Positions 43,629 to 53,516 of a stretch of DNA of 64,000 nt are shown piece by piece. The notes under the pieces were generated by a model. It saw only the letters and a list, made by a program, of their open reading frames with translations, was not told the DNA's origin and did not search any database. Each line of letters begins with the position of its first letter. Within the stretch, counting starts at the first letter, position 1. Source of the DNA: Oscillospiraceae bacterium (GTDB taxonomy: Bacteria > Bacillota > Clostridia > Oscillospirales > UBA929); the NCBI GenBank assembly GCA_031265355.1, contig JAISCT010000064.1, forward strand, positions 1,254 through 65,253, in the 5' to 3' direction. Position numbers and translations under genes: made by a program.

Positions 43629-44906
43629 TCAGCTGCCGTGAATGCTGAGCCGATAGCCGAGGTTGATCAAAAAGTTGACGGCGACATTTGTCCGCGATAC
43701 GCGCATGCGGCGGACAAACGAACCCAGCGAATAGAAGCGGCGGCGAAAACGGTGAAACCCCCGCCACAGTTCATCCGTGCTCATGTGCAAGGGCTGAAAC
43801 GCCATCGCCGTTTTGCTGTTGTAAAAGCTCCAGTCCCCGGTCAGCAGCCGCCCCTCCGCCTTGAATTGCTCGTAAATCGGCGTCTTGGGAAACGGCGACA
43901 GAATGCTCACCGTCGCTCCGTCCACGCCGAGCCTTTCACAAGCGTCAAGCGTGTCGCCGAACACGGCGGGCGTGTCGCTGTCAAAACCAAATACGATGCC
44001 CGCCTGTATCATAATCTTGTGACGGTGAATGGCGCGGATCATCGGTTCATAGTCGGCCAGACGGTTGATCGTCTTGCCCGCATCGCTTAGCGCGTCGTCA
44101 TTGAACGATTCCAGCCCGATAAACAGATACAAACAGCCCGCCTCCCGCGCGAGGGCGAGAAGCGCCTCGTCCATACAGTCGCGCAGCGTCGCCTGCGCCG
44201 CCCAGCGGCGTTTCAGCGGAACAAGCGCCCGGAGCAGTTCCTTGGCATACGCTTGATCTGCGAACAAATTGTCGTCCCAAAACACAAAGAATTTGGACGG
44301 CATCGCCGCTATCTCCGCCATGACGCTGTCAACCGGGCGCGTACGAAACGCGTCGGGGTAGATCTGTTTGAGATTGCAGTAGCGGCAATGATACGGGCAG
44401 CCGCGCGTGGCAAACACCGCGCCTTTCATCATGGGGCGGCGCTTCAGCAAGTCCCAGCGCGGAATCGGCGTGTCGTCGAGACAAACCGGCGTTTCGGACT
44501 TGTACTCGCCCTTGGCCTCGCCGTTTCGAAAATCTGCCAGAAACCGCGGCCATGTCTCCTCCCCCTCGCCAATCAGCAGGTGGTCGCAATGCGCCCTCAC
44601 ATCATTGGGCAGCAACGTGGCGTGGGGGCCGCCCATCACAACTTTCGCGCCGCCGCTTCGAAACTTCGCGCCGATCTCATAGGCGTGCGGCGCGTTGGGC
44701 GTATTGACCGTTATGGCAACCAAATCAAAGCTGCGCGCATAGGGTATGCGCTCGCGGTATTCGTCCACAAGGGTCATCGCGTAATCCCTCTCGTCAACGA
44801 AAGCCGCCAGGTACGGAATCGTAATCTGTGAGAAGTTGTTGAACTGAAAGCGGCGGAACCGATTGATCTCTCGGTTTTCCGGCTGGATCATCAGGAGCTG
44901 AATCAT
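43629..44906 (-). CDS. B12-binding-domain radical SAM protein (class B), substrate unknown
   Basis: N-terminal Rossmann-like cobalamin-binding region (DLVAITVNTPNAPHAYEIGAKFRSGGAKVVMGGPHAT) and a radical SAM cluster CPYHCRYC. Confidence 0.75.
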   Translation of the reverse strand: MIQLLMIQPENREINRFRRFQFNNFSQITIPYLAAFVDERDYAMTLVDEYRERIPYARSFDLVAITVNTPNAPHAYEIGAKFRSGGAKVVMGGPHATLLPNDVRAHCDHLLIGEGEETWPRFLADFRNGEAKGEYKSETPVCLDDTPIPRWDLLKRRPMMKGAVFATRGCPYHCRYCNLKQIYPDAFRTRPVDSVMAEIAAMPSKFFVFWDDNLFADQAYAKELLRALVPLKRRWAAQATLRDCMDEALLALAREAGCLYLFIGLESFNDDALSDAGKTINRLADYEPMIRAIHRHKIMIQAGIVFGFDSDTPAVFGDTLDACERLGVDGATVSILSPFPKTPIYEQFKAEGRLLTGDWSFYNSKTAMAFQPLHMSTDELWRGFHRFRRRFYSLGSFVRRMRVSRTNVAVNFLINLGYRLSIHGS

Positions 44907-44910
44907 CTCT

Positions 44911-45150
44911 TCACGCCTCGCCCGCGCCCCCCCGCCCGTTTGCGTCCGCTTCTTTCCGATATTCCAGGACGTCTCCGGGCTGGCAGTCCAGAGCCTCGCA
45001 GATTTTTTCGAGTGTGGAGAGCTTTATGGCTTTCACTTTCCCGTTCTTTAGCAGGGAGACATTGGCCATTGTGAGTCCGACGCGCTCGGTGAGCTCAGTG
45101 ACGCTCATCTTGCGCCTGGCGAGCATGACGTCCACATTGATGACAATCAT
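44911..45150 (-). CDS. XRE-family HTH regulator (YozG-like)
   Basis: 79 aa with the HTH MSVTELTERVGLTMANVSLLKNGK. Its start overlaps the upstream gene's stop by 4 nt. Confidence 0.8.
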   Translation of the reverse strand: MIVINVDVMLARRKMSVTELTERVGLTMANVSLLKNGKVKAIKLSTLEKICEALDCQPGDVLEYRKEADANGRGGAGEA

Positions 45151-45623
45151 ATCGTTCCGTCAGCCTCCTCCTGCAAGAGCGCCGCTTTGCTGATATACCG
45201 CGCCAGCACCGCGGCGAGCAGCGCGAGCGAGATGCCGAAGATGCAGCCAAGCAAGGACAAAAACAGGATGCCGGGACGGTTCAGTCCGGCCAAAAGCAGC
45301 GCGAAGCCGCCGACCGCGAAGAATCCGACGTCGGCCAGCAGTATCGTGGCGGCAGTCTTTATCCACTTTGCCGTTTTTTGTGTGAATACCTCGTCGCGCT
45401 GTATGGCGTTGGAGACCTTCCACACATAGACCAAAATGACGAAACATGGCGCGGAAGCCGCCCACAGGTAGACAAGCCAGATGTACCCCCCACCCAAACC
45501 GGGATTCCACCCGATGAGGTCGGACAGCCTGAACGGATACACATAGCAGCACAGCGCCAATCCGCAGACAGCCGTCGCAATCGCAGCGAAACGCACGAAG
45601 GCACACAAGGTCTTGGAACTCAT
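45147..45623 (-). CDS. DUF2975-like four-TM membrane protein
   Basis: Typical DUF2975-XRE gene pair. ATG 45623 follows RBS GGGAGAGGTGG and lies downstream of the mapped promoter. The track start 45671 would lie upstream of the -10. Confidence 0.6.
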   Translation of the reverse strand: MSSKTLCAFVRFAAIATAVCGLALCCYVYPFRLSDLIGWNPGLGGGYIWLVYLWAASAPCFVILVYVWKVSNAIQRDEVFTQKTAKWIKTAATILLADVGFFAVGGFALLLAGLNRPGILFLSLLGCIFGISLALLAAVLARYISKAALLQEEADGTI

Positions 45624-45654
45624 ACAGGCCACCTCTCCCTGCATAATTTTCCCC

Positions 45655-45683
45655 ATTGTAGCACAGGCCAATCATAATGTCAA
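45655..45683 (-). promoter_or_regulatory. Near-consensus promoter of the DUF2975-XRE-rSAM operon
   Basis: On the minus strand, TTGACA (comp. 45678-45683), 17-nt spacer, TACAAT (comp. 45655-45660). Confidence 0.6.
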
Positions 45684-45717
45684 CAAAAATTTATCGCTAT
45701 GCGATAAATTTTTGTTG
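45681..45717. promoter_or_regulatory. Perfect 17-bp AT-rich inverted repeat (candidate operator)
   Basis: CAACAAAAATTTATCGC-TAT-GCGATAAATTTTTGTTG. One arm overlaps the -35 hexamer. Confidence 0.5.
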
Positions 45718-45755
45718 TGAAGTGGCGGCCGGGTGATCCCCGGCCGCCACTTCAC
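45717..45755. other. Perfect 17-bp GC-rich hairpin
   Basis: GTGAAGTGGCGGCCGGG-TGATC-CCCGGCCGCCACTTCAC, directly abutting the AT-rich inverted repeat. It may end the upstream transcript, but there is no U-tract. Confidence 0.4.
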
Positions 45756-45912
45756 AACTTACACGTTCTGAACGATTGTGCTCAATCCGCATCAACAGGC
45801 AATAGAGCAACCAATTCAATTCCGCATACAGTGTGTTCGCATTTTGAAATGCTGCATAAAACTGACGCATGGCCTGCTACGCCTCCACCATAGCGGAGTT
45901 AACGGCTATTCC

Positions 45913-47061
45913 TCAGACCTGCCCCAGCAGGGTGCGCAGCGGGATGTCGGGGGCTACGATGAGGCCCTCGTCGATCTCCACGAAGGGGGCGGGGGTGCCG
46001 GCCGGCTGTTCGCTGTCGTAGACGCACCAGGGGACAGGCTCGGCGCCGTGGCGGCCTGTCTCGGTGGAGGTAACGTGGTCGGGCAGCAACAGCAGCCGGT
46101 ACGGCCCTTTGACCCCCGCGCGCAACCGGGCCAGCGCCTGATCCACCATGGCAATCGCCTGCAGCTCGCTCTCCACACTCCGCGCGTGGCTGCAATCGTC
46201 CGGCGCCTCCAGATGCAGCATCACAAACGGGACGCGCTCGGTCGCCGCCAGCACCGCATCGACCTTGGCCCGCCAATTCGTCTCCAGTGTGCCGGTGGCG
46301 CCCGGCACCGCCGGCGCCTCAAGACCGGCCAGCAGCGCCATACCCCGTACCACCGGCACCGCGGAGATCACCGCGCCGCAAAGTCCGTATTTGTCCGCAA
46401 AGGGTTCGTAGTGCGGCCAGGCGCCCGGCCCCCAAGGCCAGAGCGCCATGCCCCGCGCCCGCAGGACCACCCGCGCCCGCAGGACCACCGGCGCCAGCGC
46501 GTCCGCGGGCCAGTGGTCGTCAATGACGTCGCCTTGCACATTGTGGGGCGGCGTCATTCCGGCGGGCGGCGGCATGGGACCCGTGATCATCTGGCGGAAC
46601 CCCGGCTGCGGGTGGAATGTCCACCCAACGCGCGCCAGTTCGCCGGCCAGCGCGGCGTCCGCCGCCAAAAGCCGCCCCGCCGCGAGCCCCTCCTCGTCCG
46701 ACAGGTCCGGGCACGCCTCCGTCAGCGTCCCGTCCTCCGCCACGCGCACAAGATTGGCGCGCATCGCAAACTGCCCCGCCGGCAGCGCGATACCCATGCC
46801 GGAGGCCTCCACGGGCCCGCGGCCCGTCAGCACCGAGGTGTCGTAGCCGGTGATCAGCGGCATGGCGGTCTCGGTCCCGGCCGCGAAACCGTCCGGGATC
46901 GTGCGTACCCGGGAGAGCCCGCCCTGCCCGGCCAGCGCCGCCATCTGCGGCTGCGGCCGGTACTGCAGCGGCGTCAGCCCACCCAACGCCACCAGCGGCG
47001 TATCGGCCATGCCGTCGGCCACCACCATAAAGTATCGCATTCGTCCGCCCATGCCACTCAT
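45913..47061 (-). CDS. Cofactor-independent phosphoglycerate mutase family metalloenzyme (ApgM/TIGR02535-like)
   Basis: N-terminus FMVVADGMADTP...LTPLQ...GRGPVEASGMGI...FAMRANLV follows the ApgM pattern. The start may be ATG 47040 rather than 47061. Confidence 0.6.
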   Translation of the reverse strand: MSGMGGRMRYFMVVADGMADTPLVALGGLTPLQYRPQPQMAALAGQGGLSRVRTIPDGFAAGTETAMPLITGYDTSVLTGRGPVEASGMGIALPAGQFAMRANLVRVAEDGTLTEACPDLSDEEGLAAGRLLAADAALAGELARVGWTFHPQPGFRQMITGPMPPPAGMTPPHNVQGDVIDDHWPADALAPVVLRARVVLRARGMALWPWGPGAWPHYEPFADKYGLCGAVISAVPVVRGMALLAGLEAPAVPGATGTLETNWRAKVDAVLAATERVPFVMLHLEAPDDCSHARSVESELQAIAMVDQALARLRAGVKGPYRLLLLPDHVTSTETGRHGAEPVPWCVYDSEQPAGTPAPFVEIDEGLIVAPDIPLRTLLGQV

Positions 47062-47072
47062 CTCACTTTACT

Positions 47073-47142
47073 TTAGTACCTTGTTGCCGCGAAGCAGCAA
47101 CAAAAACAAGAATTTTGGTTGTGGGTTGCAGGTGCAACCCAC
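47073..47142 (-). repeat. Intergenic double-hairpin repeat, copy B (inverted relative to copy A)
   Basis: The reverse complement aligns to 15236..15306. Contains GTGGGTTGCA-GG-TGCAACCCAC and TTGTTGC(C)GC-GAA-GC(A)GCAACAA. Confidence 0.85.
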
Positions 47143-47147
47143 ATGAG

Positions 47148-48824
47148 TTAGAACAGCCCGCTGAGGACGCCGTCCGCATCGATGTCAATGCCCTCGGCCG
47201 CCGGCCGTTTCGGCAGACCCGGCATCGTCATGATCTCCCCAGTGTACACAACGACAAAGCCGGCGCCGGCCGACAGTCTGGCGCCGGTGACCTTCACGCG
47301 AAACCCCGCGGGCCGGCCCAGCTTCTTGGGGTCGTCGGACAGCGAATACTGCGTCTTCGCCATACAGACGGGCAGACGCCCATACCCCTCGGCCTCCAGC
47401 TGGTCCAGCGCGCGGCGGGCCGACGGCTCGATTTCGAGACCGTCGCCGCCGTATACCTTTCGCACAAGGGTCTCGATCTTTTGCACCAGCGAATCCTCGT
47501 CCGAGTAGACAAAGCGAAATCCGGAGGCGCCCTCCGCCGCCGCCAGCACCCGCGCCGCCAGGGCCTCACCGCCGGCGCCGCCGCGCGCCCACACGTCGGC
47601 CGGCACCACCGAAAAGCCGCGCCGCTCGCAAGCCGCTTGCAGCCACTCGATCTCCTCGTCCGTATCCGTCGGAAAACGGTTGAGCGCCACCACGGCCGGC
47701 AGCCCGTACCGGTCCGTCACATTCTCCACATGGGCCAGCAGGTTGGGCAGCCCTCTCTCCAGCGCCGCTGCGTCCGGCTGGTCATAAGTACCCCGGGCCG
47801 CGCCTCCATGATGTTTGAGCGCGCGCAGCGTCGCCACCACCACGCAGGCCGACGGGGTGAGCCCCGCCTGCCGGCACTTGATGTCGATGAATTTTTCGGC
47901 CCCGAGGTCGGCGCCGAAACCCGCCTCCGTGACCACCACGTCGCCCAGCCCCAGCGCCAGCCGCGTGGCGATGACGCTGTTGCAGCCGTGGGCGATGTTG
48001 GCAAAGGGCCCGCCGTGCACGAGCACCGGCGTGTGCGCCAGCGTCTGCACCAGGTTGGGCTTCACCGCGTCGGCCAGCAGGGCGGCCAGAGCGCCTTCGG
48101 CTTTCAAGTCGCCGCAGGTGATCAGCCTGCCCTCGTAGGAACGCCCCACGACCAGCCGGCGCAGACGCACCTTGAGATCGGCGAGGTCGCTGGCGAGACA
48201 CAGCGTGGCCATCACCTCGCTGGCCGCCGTGATATCAAAACCGTCCTCGCGGGGCATACCGTTGACCGGCCCGCGCAGCCCGACCACCACATGGCGCAGC
48301 GCCCGATCGTTGACGTCCTGACAACGCCGCCAGGTGATGCGCCTTGGGTCCAGCCCCAGAGCGTTGTCCTGCTGGAGATGGTTGTCGATGAGCGCCGCCA
48401 GCAGGTTGTTGGCCGCCGTGACGGCGTGGAGGTCGCCCGTGAAGTGAAGGTTCAGCGCCTCCATGGGCACCACTTGGGCATATCCGCCGCCGGCCGCGCC
48501 GCCCTTGACGCCAAACACCGGGCCGAGTGACGGTTCACGGAGCGCCAGCACCACGCGCTTGCCCAACCGGGCCAGCGCGTCGGCCAGCCCCACGCTGACG
48601 GTCGTCTTGCCCTCCCCCGCCGCGGTGGGGGAGATGGCCGTGACCAAAATCAGTTTGACGTCCGGCCGTACCGGGCGCGAGACAAGCAGCGACAGACTCA
48701 GTTTGGCCTTATCCCACCCCCAGGGTTCCCACTCGTCCGGAGCGAGCCCCAGCGACGCGGCGATGTCGGCAACCGGCCGCTTCTCGGCGGCCTGGGCGAT
48801 CTCAATGTCTGTCTTATATCCCAT
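47148..48824 (-). CDS. fhs: Formate--tetrahydrofolate ligase
   Basis: [13 protein letters not shown]..., the P-loop [10 protein letters not shown], and an overall FTHFS sequence. Confidence 0.95.
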   Translation of the reverse strand: MGYKTDIEIAQAAEKRPVADIAASLGLAPDEWEPWGWDKAKLSLSLLVSRPVRPDVKLILVTAISPTAAGEGKTTVSVGLADALARLGKRVVLALREPSLGPVFGVKGGAAGGGYAQVVPMEALNLHFTGDLHAVTAANNLLAALIDNHLQQDNALGLDPRRITWRRCQDVNDRALRHVVVGLRGPVNGMPREDGFDITAASEVMATLCLASDLADLKVRLRRLVVGRSYEGRLITCGDLKAEGALAALLADAVKPNLVQTLAHTPVLVHGGPFANIAHGCNSVIATRLALGLGDVVVTEAGFGADLGAEKFIDIKCRQAGLTPSACVVVATLRALKHHGGAARGTYDQPDAAALERGLPNLLAHVENVTDRYGLPAVVALNRFPTDTDEEIEWLQAACERRGFSVVPADVWARGGAGGEALAARVLAAAEGASGFRFVYSDEDSLVQKIETLVRKVYGGDGLEIEPSARRALDQLEAEGYGRLPVCMAKTQYSLSDDPKKLGRPAGFRVKVTGARLSAGAGFVVVYTGEIMTMPGLPKRPAAEGIDIDADGVLSGLF

Positions 48825-48840
48825 GCTTTTGTCAAATCCT

Positions 48841-49704
48841 TTATTTTACAATTTCATCGAGAAAGTGCCGCCGCCGGGCAGCCATCAGGGTATTGCGCAG
48901 CAGCATGACGCGCGTCATCGGGCCCACACCGCCGGGTACCGGCGTGATGTGGGAAGCCTTGGCCGCCACCTCGTCGAAACACACATCGCCCACAAGCCGG
49001 CCGTCCACGCCCCGGTTCATCGCCACGTCGATGACGACGGCCCCCTCCTTCACCATATCGCCGGTGATAAGCCCCGCCTTGCCAACGGCGGCCACCAGGA
49101 TGTCGGCCCGCCGCGTGACGTCGGCCAAATCCCTGGTGCGGGAGTGGCAGAGGGTCACGGTCCCATGGCGGTGCAGCAGGAGCATGGCCTGGGGTTTTCC
49201 GACGATGTTCGAGCGCCCGACCACCACGCAGGACCGACCCTGCACCTCGATGCCGTAGGCGTCGAGCAGCGCCATGACGCCCGCCGGCGTGCAAGGCACA
49301 AAGTCAAAGTCACCGATCATGATGCGCCCCACATTGTAGGGGTGGAAAGCGTCCACATCTTTGGCCGGATCGATGGACAACAGCACCGTCTTCTCGTCCA
49401 AATGCGCCGGCAGCGGAAGCTGCACCAAAATGCCATGGATGTCCGCGCGCCGGTTCAGGGTTTGGATGAGCGCCAGCAGTTCCTCCTGCGCACAGTCGCC
49501 CGGCAGTGCGTACTCCTCCGACAGGAGGCCGCAGTGGGCGCAGTCTTTCTTTTTGTTGTTGACATAGACCCGGGACGCGGGATCGTCCCCCACAATGACG
49601 ACCGCGAGCCCCGGCGTGACCCCGCGTGCGGCCAGCGCGCGCACTTCCTGCGCAATCTCCGCTTTGTTCCGGGCCGCCACGGCCCTGCCGTCGATCAGTG
49701 TCAC
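48841..49704 (-). CDS. folD: Bifunctional methylene-THF dehydrogenase / methenyl-THF cyclohydrolase
   Basis: LIDG...[18 protein letters not shown] and [20 protein letters not shown] motifs. The GTG start overlaps the lgt stop (GTGA). Confidence 0.95.
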   Translation of the reverse strand: MTLIDGRAVAARNKAEIAQEVRALAARGVTPGLAVVIVGDDPASRVYVNNKKKDCAHCGLLSEEYALPGDCAQEELLALIQTLNRRADIHGILVQLPLPAHLDEKTVLLSIDPAKDVDAFHPYNVGRIMIGDFDFVPCTPAGVMALLDAYGIEVQGRSCVVVGRSNIVGKPQAMLLLHRHGTVTLCHSRTRDLADVTRRADILVAAVGKAGLITGDMVKEGAVVIDVAMNRGVDGRLVGDVCFDEVAAKASHITPVPGGVGPMTRVMLLRNTLMAARRRHFLDEIVK

Positions 49705-50798
49705 AGCGTCTCCTCCTCCGGCGCCGGTCTCGGCTCCGCTTCCGTCTCTTTGGCCTCTTCGGCTTTCTCCGTGGTCTCGCCGGCGTCATCCGACGGCCCG
49801 CTCTCCGCGCTCTCCACGGCCGCTTCAAGCACAGCCGCCTCGGCCTCCGGCCCGACCACATTGAGCGTGACTTCCTCGGCCTCCTCGATCTCCGGCGCCG
49901 GCTCGGCCCCGGCCGCGGCCCCGGGCTCCGCTCCCTCACTCAGGGGCGCCAGCGTGGCCGGGTCGTGCGTACGGAAACGCCAATTGTAGATGAGCAGCGC
50001 CACGGCCGCCGCGCAGGAAACAAACCCCAACACCTGCGAGATGCGCAGAGAGGTGTTAAAGAAATATAGGCTGTCGGTCCGCAGCCCCTCGATCAGGCCG
50101 CGGCCCAGGCCATACCAAGCCACATACATGAGAAAGACCTGGCCGGTGAACTTCCGTCTCGTGAGCACCCTATGTAACAGGAGGAAACCCAGCAGCGTCC
50201 ACAGTGATTCGTACAAAAACGTCGGATGCACCGTGATCCGGTTGTTGATGATCTCGTCGCCGATACGATTTACAAATACTTCCATTCCCCAGGGCAAATT
50301 CGTTCGCGTACCGTGCGCCTCTCGGTTGATGAAGTTGCCCCAACGCCCGATGCACTGGCCGATGAGGAGACCGAGGGCCGCCACGTCCATCAGCGCGGAA
50401 AACCGCAGTTTTTTCACGCGGCAAAAGATATACGCCGTCAGCACTGCGCCGATGATCGCGCCGTAGATGGCGATACCGCCCTTCCAGATCTCGTAGATCT
50501 TCTGCGGGTACGGGTTTTTGACCGGGTCGTAGACGAATTCCCGGAAGTTAAACACGACGTAATAGAGGCGCGAAAAGATGATCGCCACCGGCACGGCGAA
50601 GAGCAGCGCATCGATGAAATCGTCCTGCCGGATCCCCACGCGGGGGGCGCGGCGCACCGTGTAGTAGGCCGCCAGCAGGAAACTCGCCGCGATGATGATG
50701 CCGTACCAGTAGATGCCGCGGCCAAAGATCGTGAATGCGACGGGGCTCGGATCGAACTGAAGCCCCAGCCCGGGGAAAACAATGGGGTTGTCTGTCAT
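49701..50798 (-). CDS. lgt: Prolipoprotein diacylglyceryl transferase with an acidic ~85-aa C-terminal tail
   Basis: IYWYGIIIA and [13 protein letters not shown] motifs. The tail is rich in E, A and P. Confidence 0.9.
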   Translation of the reverse strand: MTDNPIVFPGLGLQFDPSPVAFTIFGRGIYWYGIIIAASFLLAAYYTVRRAPRVGIRQDDFIDALLFAVPVAIIFSRLYYVVFNFREFVYDPVKNPYPQKIYEIWKGGIAIYGAIIGAVLTAYIFCRVKKLRFSALMDVAALGLLIGQCIGRWGNFINREAHGTRTNLPWGMEVFVNRIGDEIINNRITVHPTFLYESLWTLLGFLLLHRVLTRRKFTGQVFLMYVAWYGLGRGLIEGLRTDSLYFFNTSLRISQVLGFVSCAAAVALLIYNWRFRTHDPATLAPLSEGAEPGAAAGAEPAPEIEEAEEVTLNVVGPEAEAAVLEAAVESAESGPSDDAGETTEKAEEAKETEAEPRPAPEEETL

Positions 50799-50857
50799 GA
50801 CGTGCTCCTCCTTCTTTCGTCAAAACGGCAGCGGCCGCACGCGGCGCGCCGGGACTT

Positions 50858-52162
50858 TCAACTTTCTTCTTCATGCGCCGGTTCGCCGCGGGCCACTCCC
50901 GGCGTGACGACGGACAGGGCGGCACGCGCCGGGACAAACGCCTCGCACAAAAACGCGTACGCCGCTTCCGGTGTCAGCGTGTCGAACAGGGCGAGCACAT
51001 CGAAATACCGTGCGTGCGCGAAGTGGGCGTCCGCTTGCAGGCGGCACAGCGCTTCCGGCGCATCCATCTGGCGCAGCCGGGCACCCAGCGCCGCGCGTTT
51101 CAGCCGCTCAAACCGCACCGTGTCCATCCTGTCCCTCCCGAGTCTCGCCACCTCGTCGAAGAGCGCCTCACGCACGGCAGTCGGCTCCGGGCTCTCGCCC
51201 ACGGCAACCAGGCACGCGCCCTCGGGCACGCGGAAAAGGCCGTACCCGTAATCGCGGTTGATAAGCCCCCTCTCGTAGAGCGTCTTGTACAACGGCGACG
51301 CCGGACCGGTGAGTGCTTCCATCGCGAGCTCCCCCAGCAATTCGAAACGCAGCGTCTCGGTCCCCGGCGCGGGCGGCGCGCACAGCGCGCCCAAGGCAAA
51401 AAGCGGCCGGGCGACCTCCATGGCCCGTGAGACACTGCCGCGCGCGGCCTTTTGACACAGCGCGCCGTAATCGCGCGTGAGGACGGGCCCCCGCGCCGCC
51501 GGCCACACCGCGCCGGCGACGGCCTCCACCCGCGGCGGATCCACATCTCCGGCTACGCAGAGGCACATGTGCGCGGAGCGGTAGAAGGCCGCGTGGCAGT
51601 CGTGGAGCATATCGGCGTCGATCCCGGCGATGGACGCTGCCGTCCCGGCGATCGGCAAGCGGACCGGATGCGCGTCGTAGAGGGCCGTCAGCAGATTCTC
51701 GTACACCTGGCTGTGCGGGTTGTCCTCCATCATGCGAATTTCCTGTCCGATGATACCCTGCTCCTTGTCCACGCTCTCCTTTGTAAAATACGGTGTGGAC
51801 ACAAAGCGCAGCAGGGTGCGCAGATTCTCTTCAAAACGATCGGTGCAGGCGAAGTAATAGGCCGTCATGGCGTGACTCGTGAACGCGTTGGACGACGCAC
51901 CGGTCCGGGCAAACGCCTGCAACGCGTTTTCGCCGTCCGGCATGTCAAACATCTTGTGCTCCAGAAAATGCGCCACCCCCGCCGGGGTGTCCCGCCAGGC
52001 CCCGTCCGCGGCGAAACGGACGTCCACCGACCCGTAGTTCACGGCCAGTATCGCATAGGTCTTGCGGTACCCCGGTTTGGGGACGACAAAGATCGGCAGG
52101 CCGCCGGGCCCCTCGCCGCAGATCAGCGTCTCCCGCACATTCGGAAAGTCGATCCTATTCAT
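50858..52162 (-). CDS. M16 (pitrilysin) family zinc peptidase, active subunit
   Basis: HFLEH (HxxEH) zinc motif. ATG 52162 overlaps the upstream gene's end. Confidence 0.8.
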   Translation of the reverse strand: MNRIDFPNVRETLICGEGPGGLPIFVVPKPGYRKTYAILAVNYGSVDVRFAADGAWRDTPAGVAHFLEHKMFDMPDGENALQAFARTGASSNAFTSHAMTAYYFACTDRFEENLRTLLRFVSTPYFTKESVDKEQGIIGQEIRMMEDNPHSQVYENLLTALYDAHPVRLPIAGTAASIAGIDADMLHDCHAAFYRSAHMCLCVAGDVDPPRVEAVAGAVWPAARGPVLTRDYGALCQKAARGSVSRAMEVARPLFALGALCAPPAPGTETLRFELLGELAMEALTGPASPLYKTLYERGLINRDYGYGLFRVPEGACLVAVGESPEPTAVREALFDEVARLGRDRMDTVRFERLKRAALGARLRQMDAPEALCRLQADAHFAHARYFDVLALFDTLTPEAAYAFLCEAFVPARAALSVVTPGVARGEPAHEEES

Positions 52163-53435
52163 CTGTCTCCTCCCCCCGCAGGAAATATACCGTATCCCAG
52201 GCGCCGCCTGCCGCCGCGGCCGCAACCTCCGACCGGCCGACATCGCGCAGTCGTTCGGCCAACGCGTCCGGGCTCTCCGTGCGACCGGCCGCCGCCTGCC
52301 CCAAAAAGTGATCTTCCAACCGGTCCGGCCAATCCGCAGCGGCGCGCAGCCGGTGGATCAGCGAAAGCCGGGCGGCCTCCAGCTCCTCGTCGGAGATCTC
52401 ACCCTCCGCCACAGCCGTCCACTGGCGCAGGATCTCCGCCTGCGCAGCCGCGCGATTTTTCGCTTCGATGCCCGACGATACCACAAGGATCCCCTTGTGG
52501 CCCTTCAGTTCGGCGGAGGCGTAATAGGCCAGCGACAGCCGCTCCCGCACACCGAGGAAGAGTTTGGATGTGGTCGTCCCCCCGTACACCGCCGCAGCCA
52601 GCAAGGCCGCCGGGTATTGTTCATCCCCCGCGGCCACGCCGAGGCGCATGCCCAAAATCAGCGTGCCTTGCGTTACATCCATGCTCTCTTCGTAAGTCCT
52701 GCACGACGCGGCGGTGCGCACGACGCGCGTGTCCGCTCCGTCAAAGAACGCGGCCCGCGGCAGCGCATCCAATACGCCGCGCCAGATGTCGGCCGCCTCG
52801 TCCGGCGGGCGCGACCCGGCATAAAAAAGCGCAACCTGAGACCGGGCCAGCACCGCCCGGTAATGCGCCCACAGCGCCGCCGGCTCGATCGCCTCCACCA
52901 CATGGGCCTCACCCAGTTCATGGGCGCCGTACGCCTCCTCGGCACACATATGCGCCAACATCCGGCGAACGGCGTAGGTCGGTTTGTGGTTTCGCTCGGC
53001 CCGGAGCCGGTCGGCCAGCACCGCGCGCTCCCCGGTCACATACGCGGGCAGGAAGGCGCCATCCCCGGCCGGATCTAACAGAACCTCTCCCATCAGCGCC
53101 GCCATGTCGCGCAACTGGTCGGGCCGACCCGGCAGATACGCGCCGTCCACAAAACCGGCCGTCAGACCGACGCACTGCACCTCGCCCTTTTTGCGCACGG
53201 CCGGCTTCAGCCGGGCGCCGTACAGCGTCTCCAGCCGGGCAGCCAGGCGCGTCATATCCGGGTGTCTCCGGCTCCCTCGGCACAGCACTTGGGGCAGCAG
53301 AGCCGACAGCCCCGCTTCCCTGCGCGACAGCGGTCGCAGCAGCGACAGCGAGAGCACGCCGGTTTTGAATTGCTCTGTCTGCAGCGCCGTGAGTGTCACC
53401 CCGGGCCGCACGGTCAGTCGGACAACCTCGGCCAT
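52155..53435 (-). CDS. M16 family peptidase-like protein, non-catalytic partner
   Basis: M16-like length and sequence, but I saw no HxxEH motif. ATG 53435 follows GGGGAG. Confidence 0.7.
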   Translation of the reverse strand: MAEVVRLTVRPGVTLTALQTEQFKTGVLSLSLLRPLSRREAGLSALLPQVLCRGSRRHPDMTRLAARLETLYGARLKPAVRKKGEVQCVGLTAGFVDGAYLPGRPDQLRDMAALMGEVLLDPAGDGAFLPAYVTGERAVLADRLRAERNHKPTYAVRRMLAHMCAEEAYGAHELGEAHVVEAIEPAALWAHYRAVLARSQVALFYAGSRPPDEAADIWRGVLDALPRAAFFDGADTRVVRTAASCRTYEESMDVTQGTLILGMRLGVAAGDEQYPAALLAAAVYGGTTTSKLFLGVRERLSLAYYASAELKGHKGILVVSSGIEAKNRAAAQAEILRQWTAVAEGEISDEELEAARLSLIHRLRAAADWPDRLEDHFLGQAAAGRTESPDALAERLRDVGRSEVAAAAAGGAWDTVYFLRGEETDE

Positions 53436-53516
53436 CTCGTCATCTCCCCGCCCCGAACGCGTATGGCCCGACCCTCGGGCAGGCATTCGGCAGCCGTTAT
53501 TTTCATGAGCATTATA

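Noticed and set aside
45697-45870. 57-codon minus-strand ORF (MRQFYAAFQNANTLYAELNWLLYCLLMRIEHNRSERV...)
   Set aside because: The RBS spacing is poor (GGTGGAGG 11 nt upstream). The frame also runs straight through two perfect 17-bp hairpins, which look like RNA or DNA signals rather than coding sequence. I kept it only as something to test within the operon finding.
45778-49989. Series of long plus-strand ORFs (45778..47076, 47115..48530, 48463..49989)
   Set aside because: Each mirrors a well-supported minus-strand gene (the phosphoglycerate-mutase-like gene, fhs, and folD/lgt). They are Arg/Pro/His-rich with no recognisable domains.
51452-53368. 638-aa plus-strand ORF, extremely Pro/Arg/Ala-rich
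   Set aside because: It is antisense to the two M16 peptidase genes, and its composition is an artefact of GC-rich DNA.
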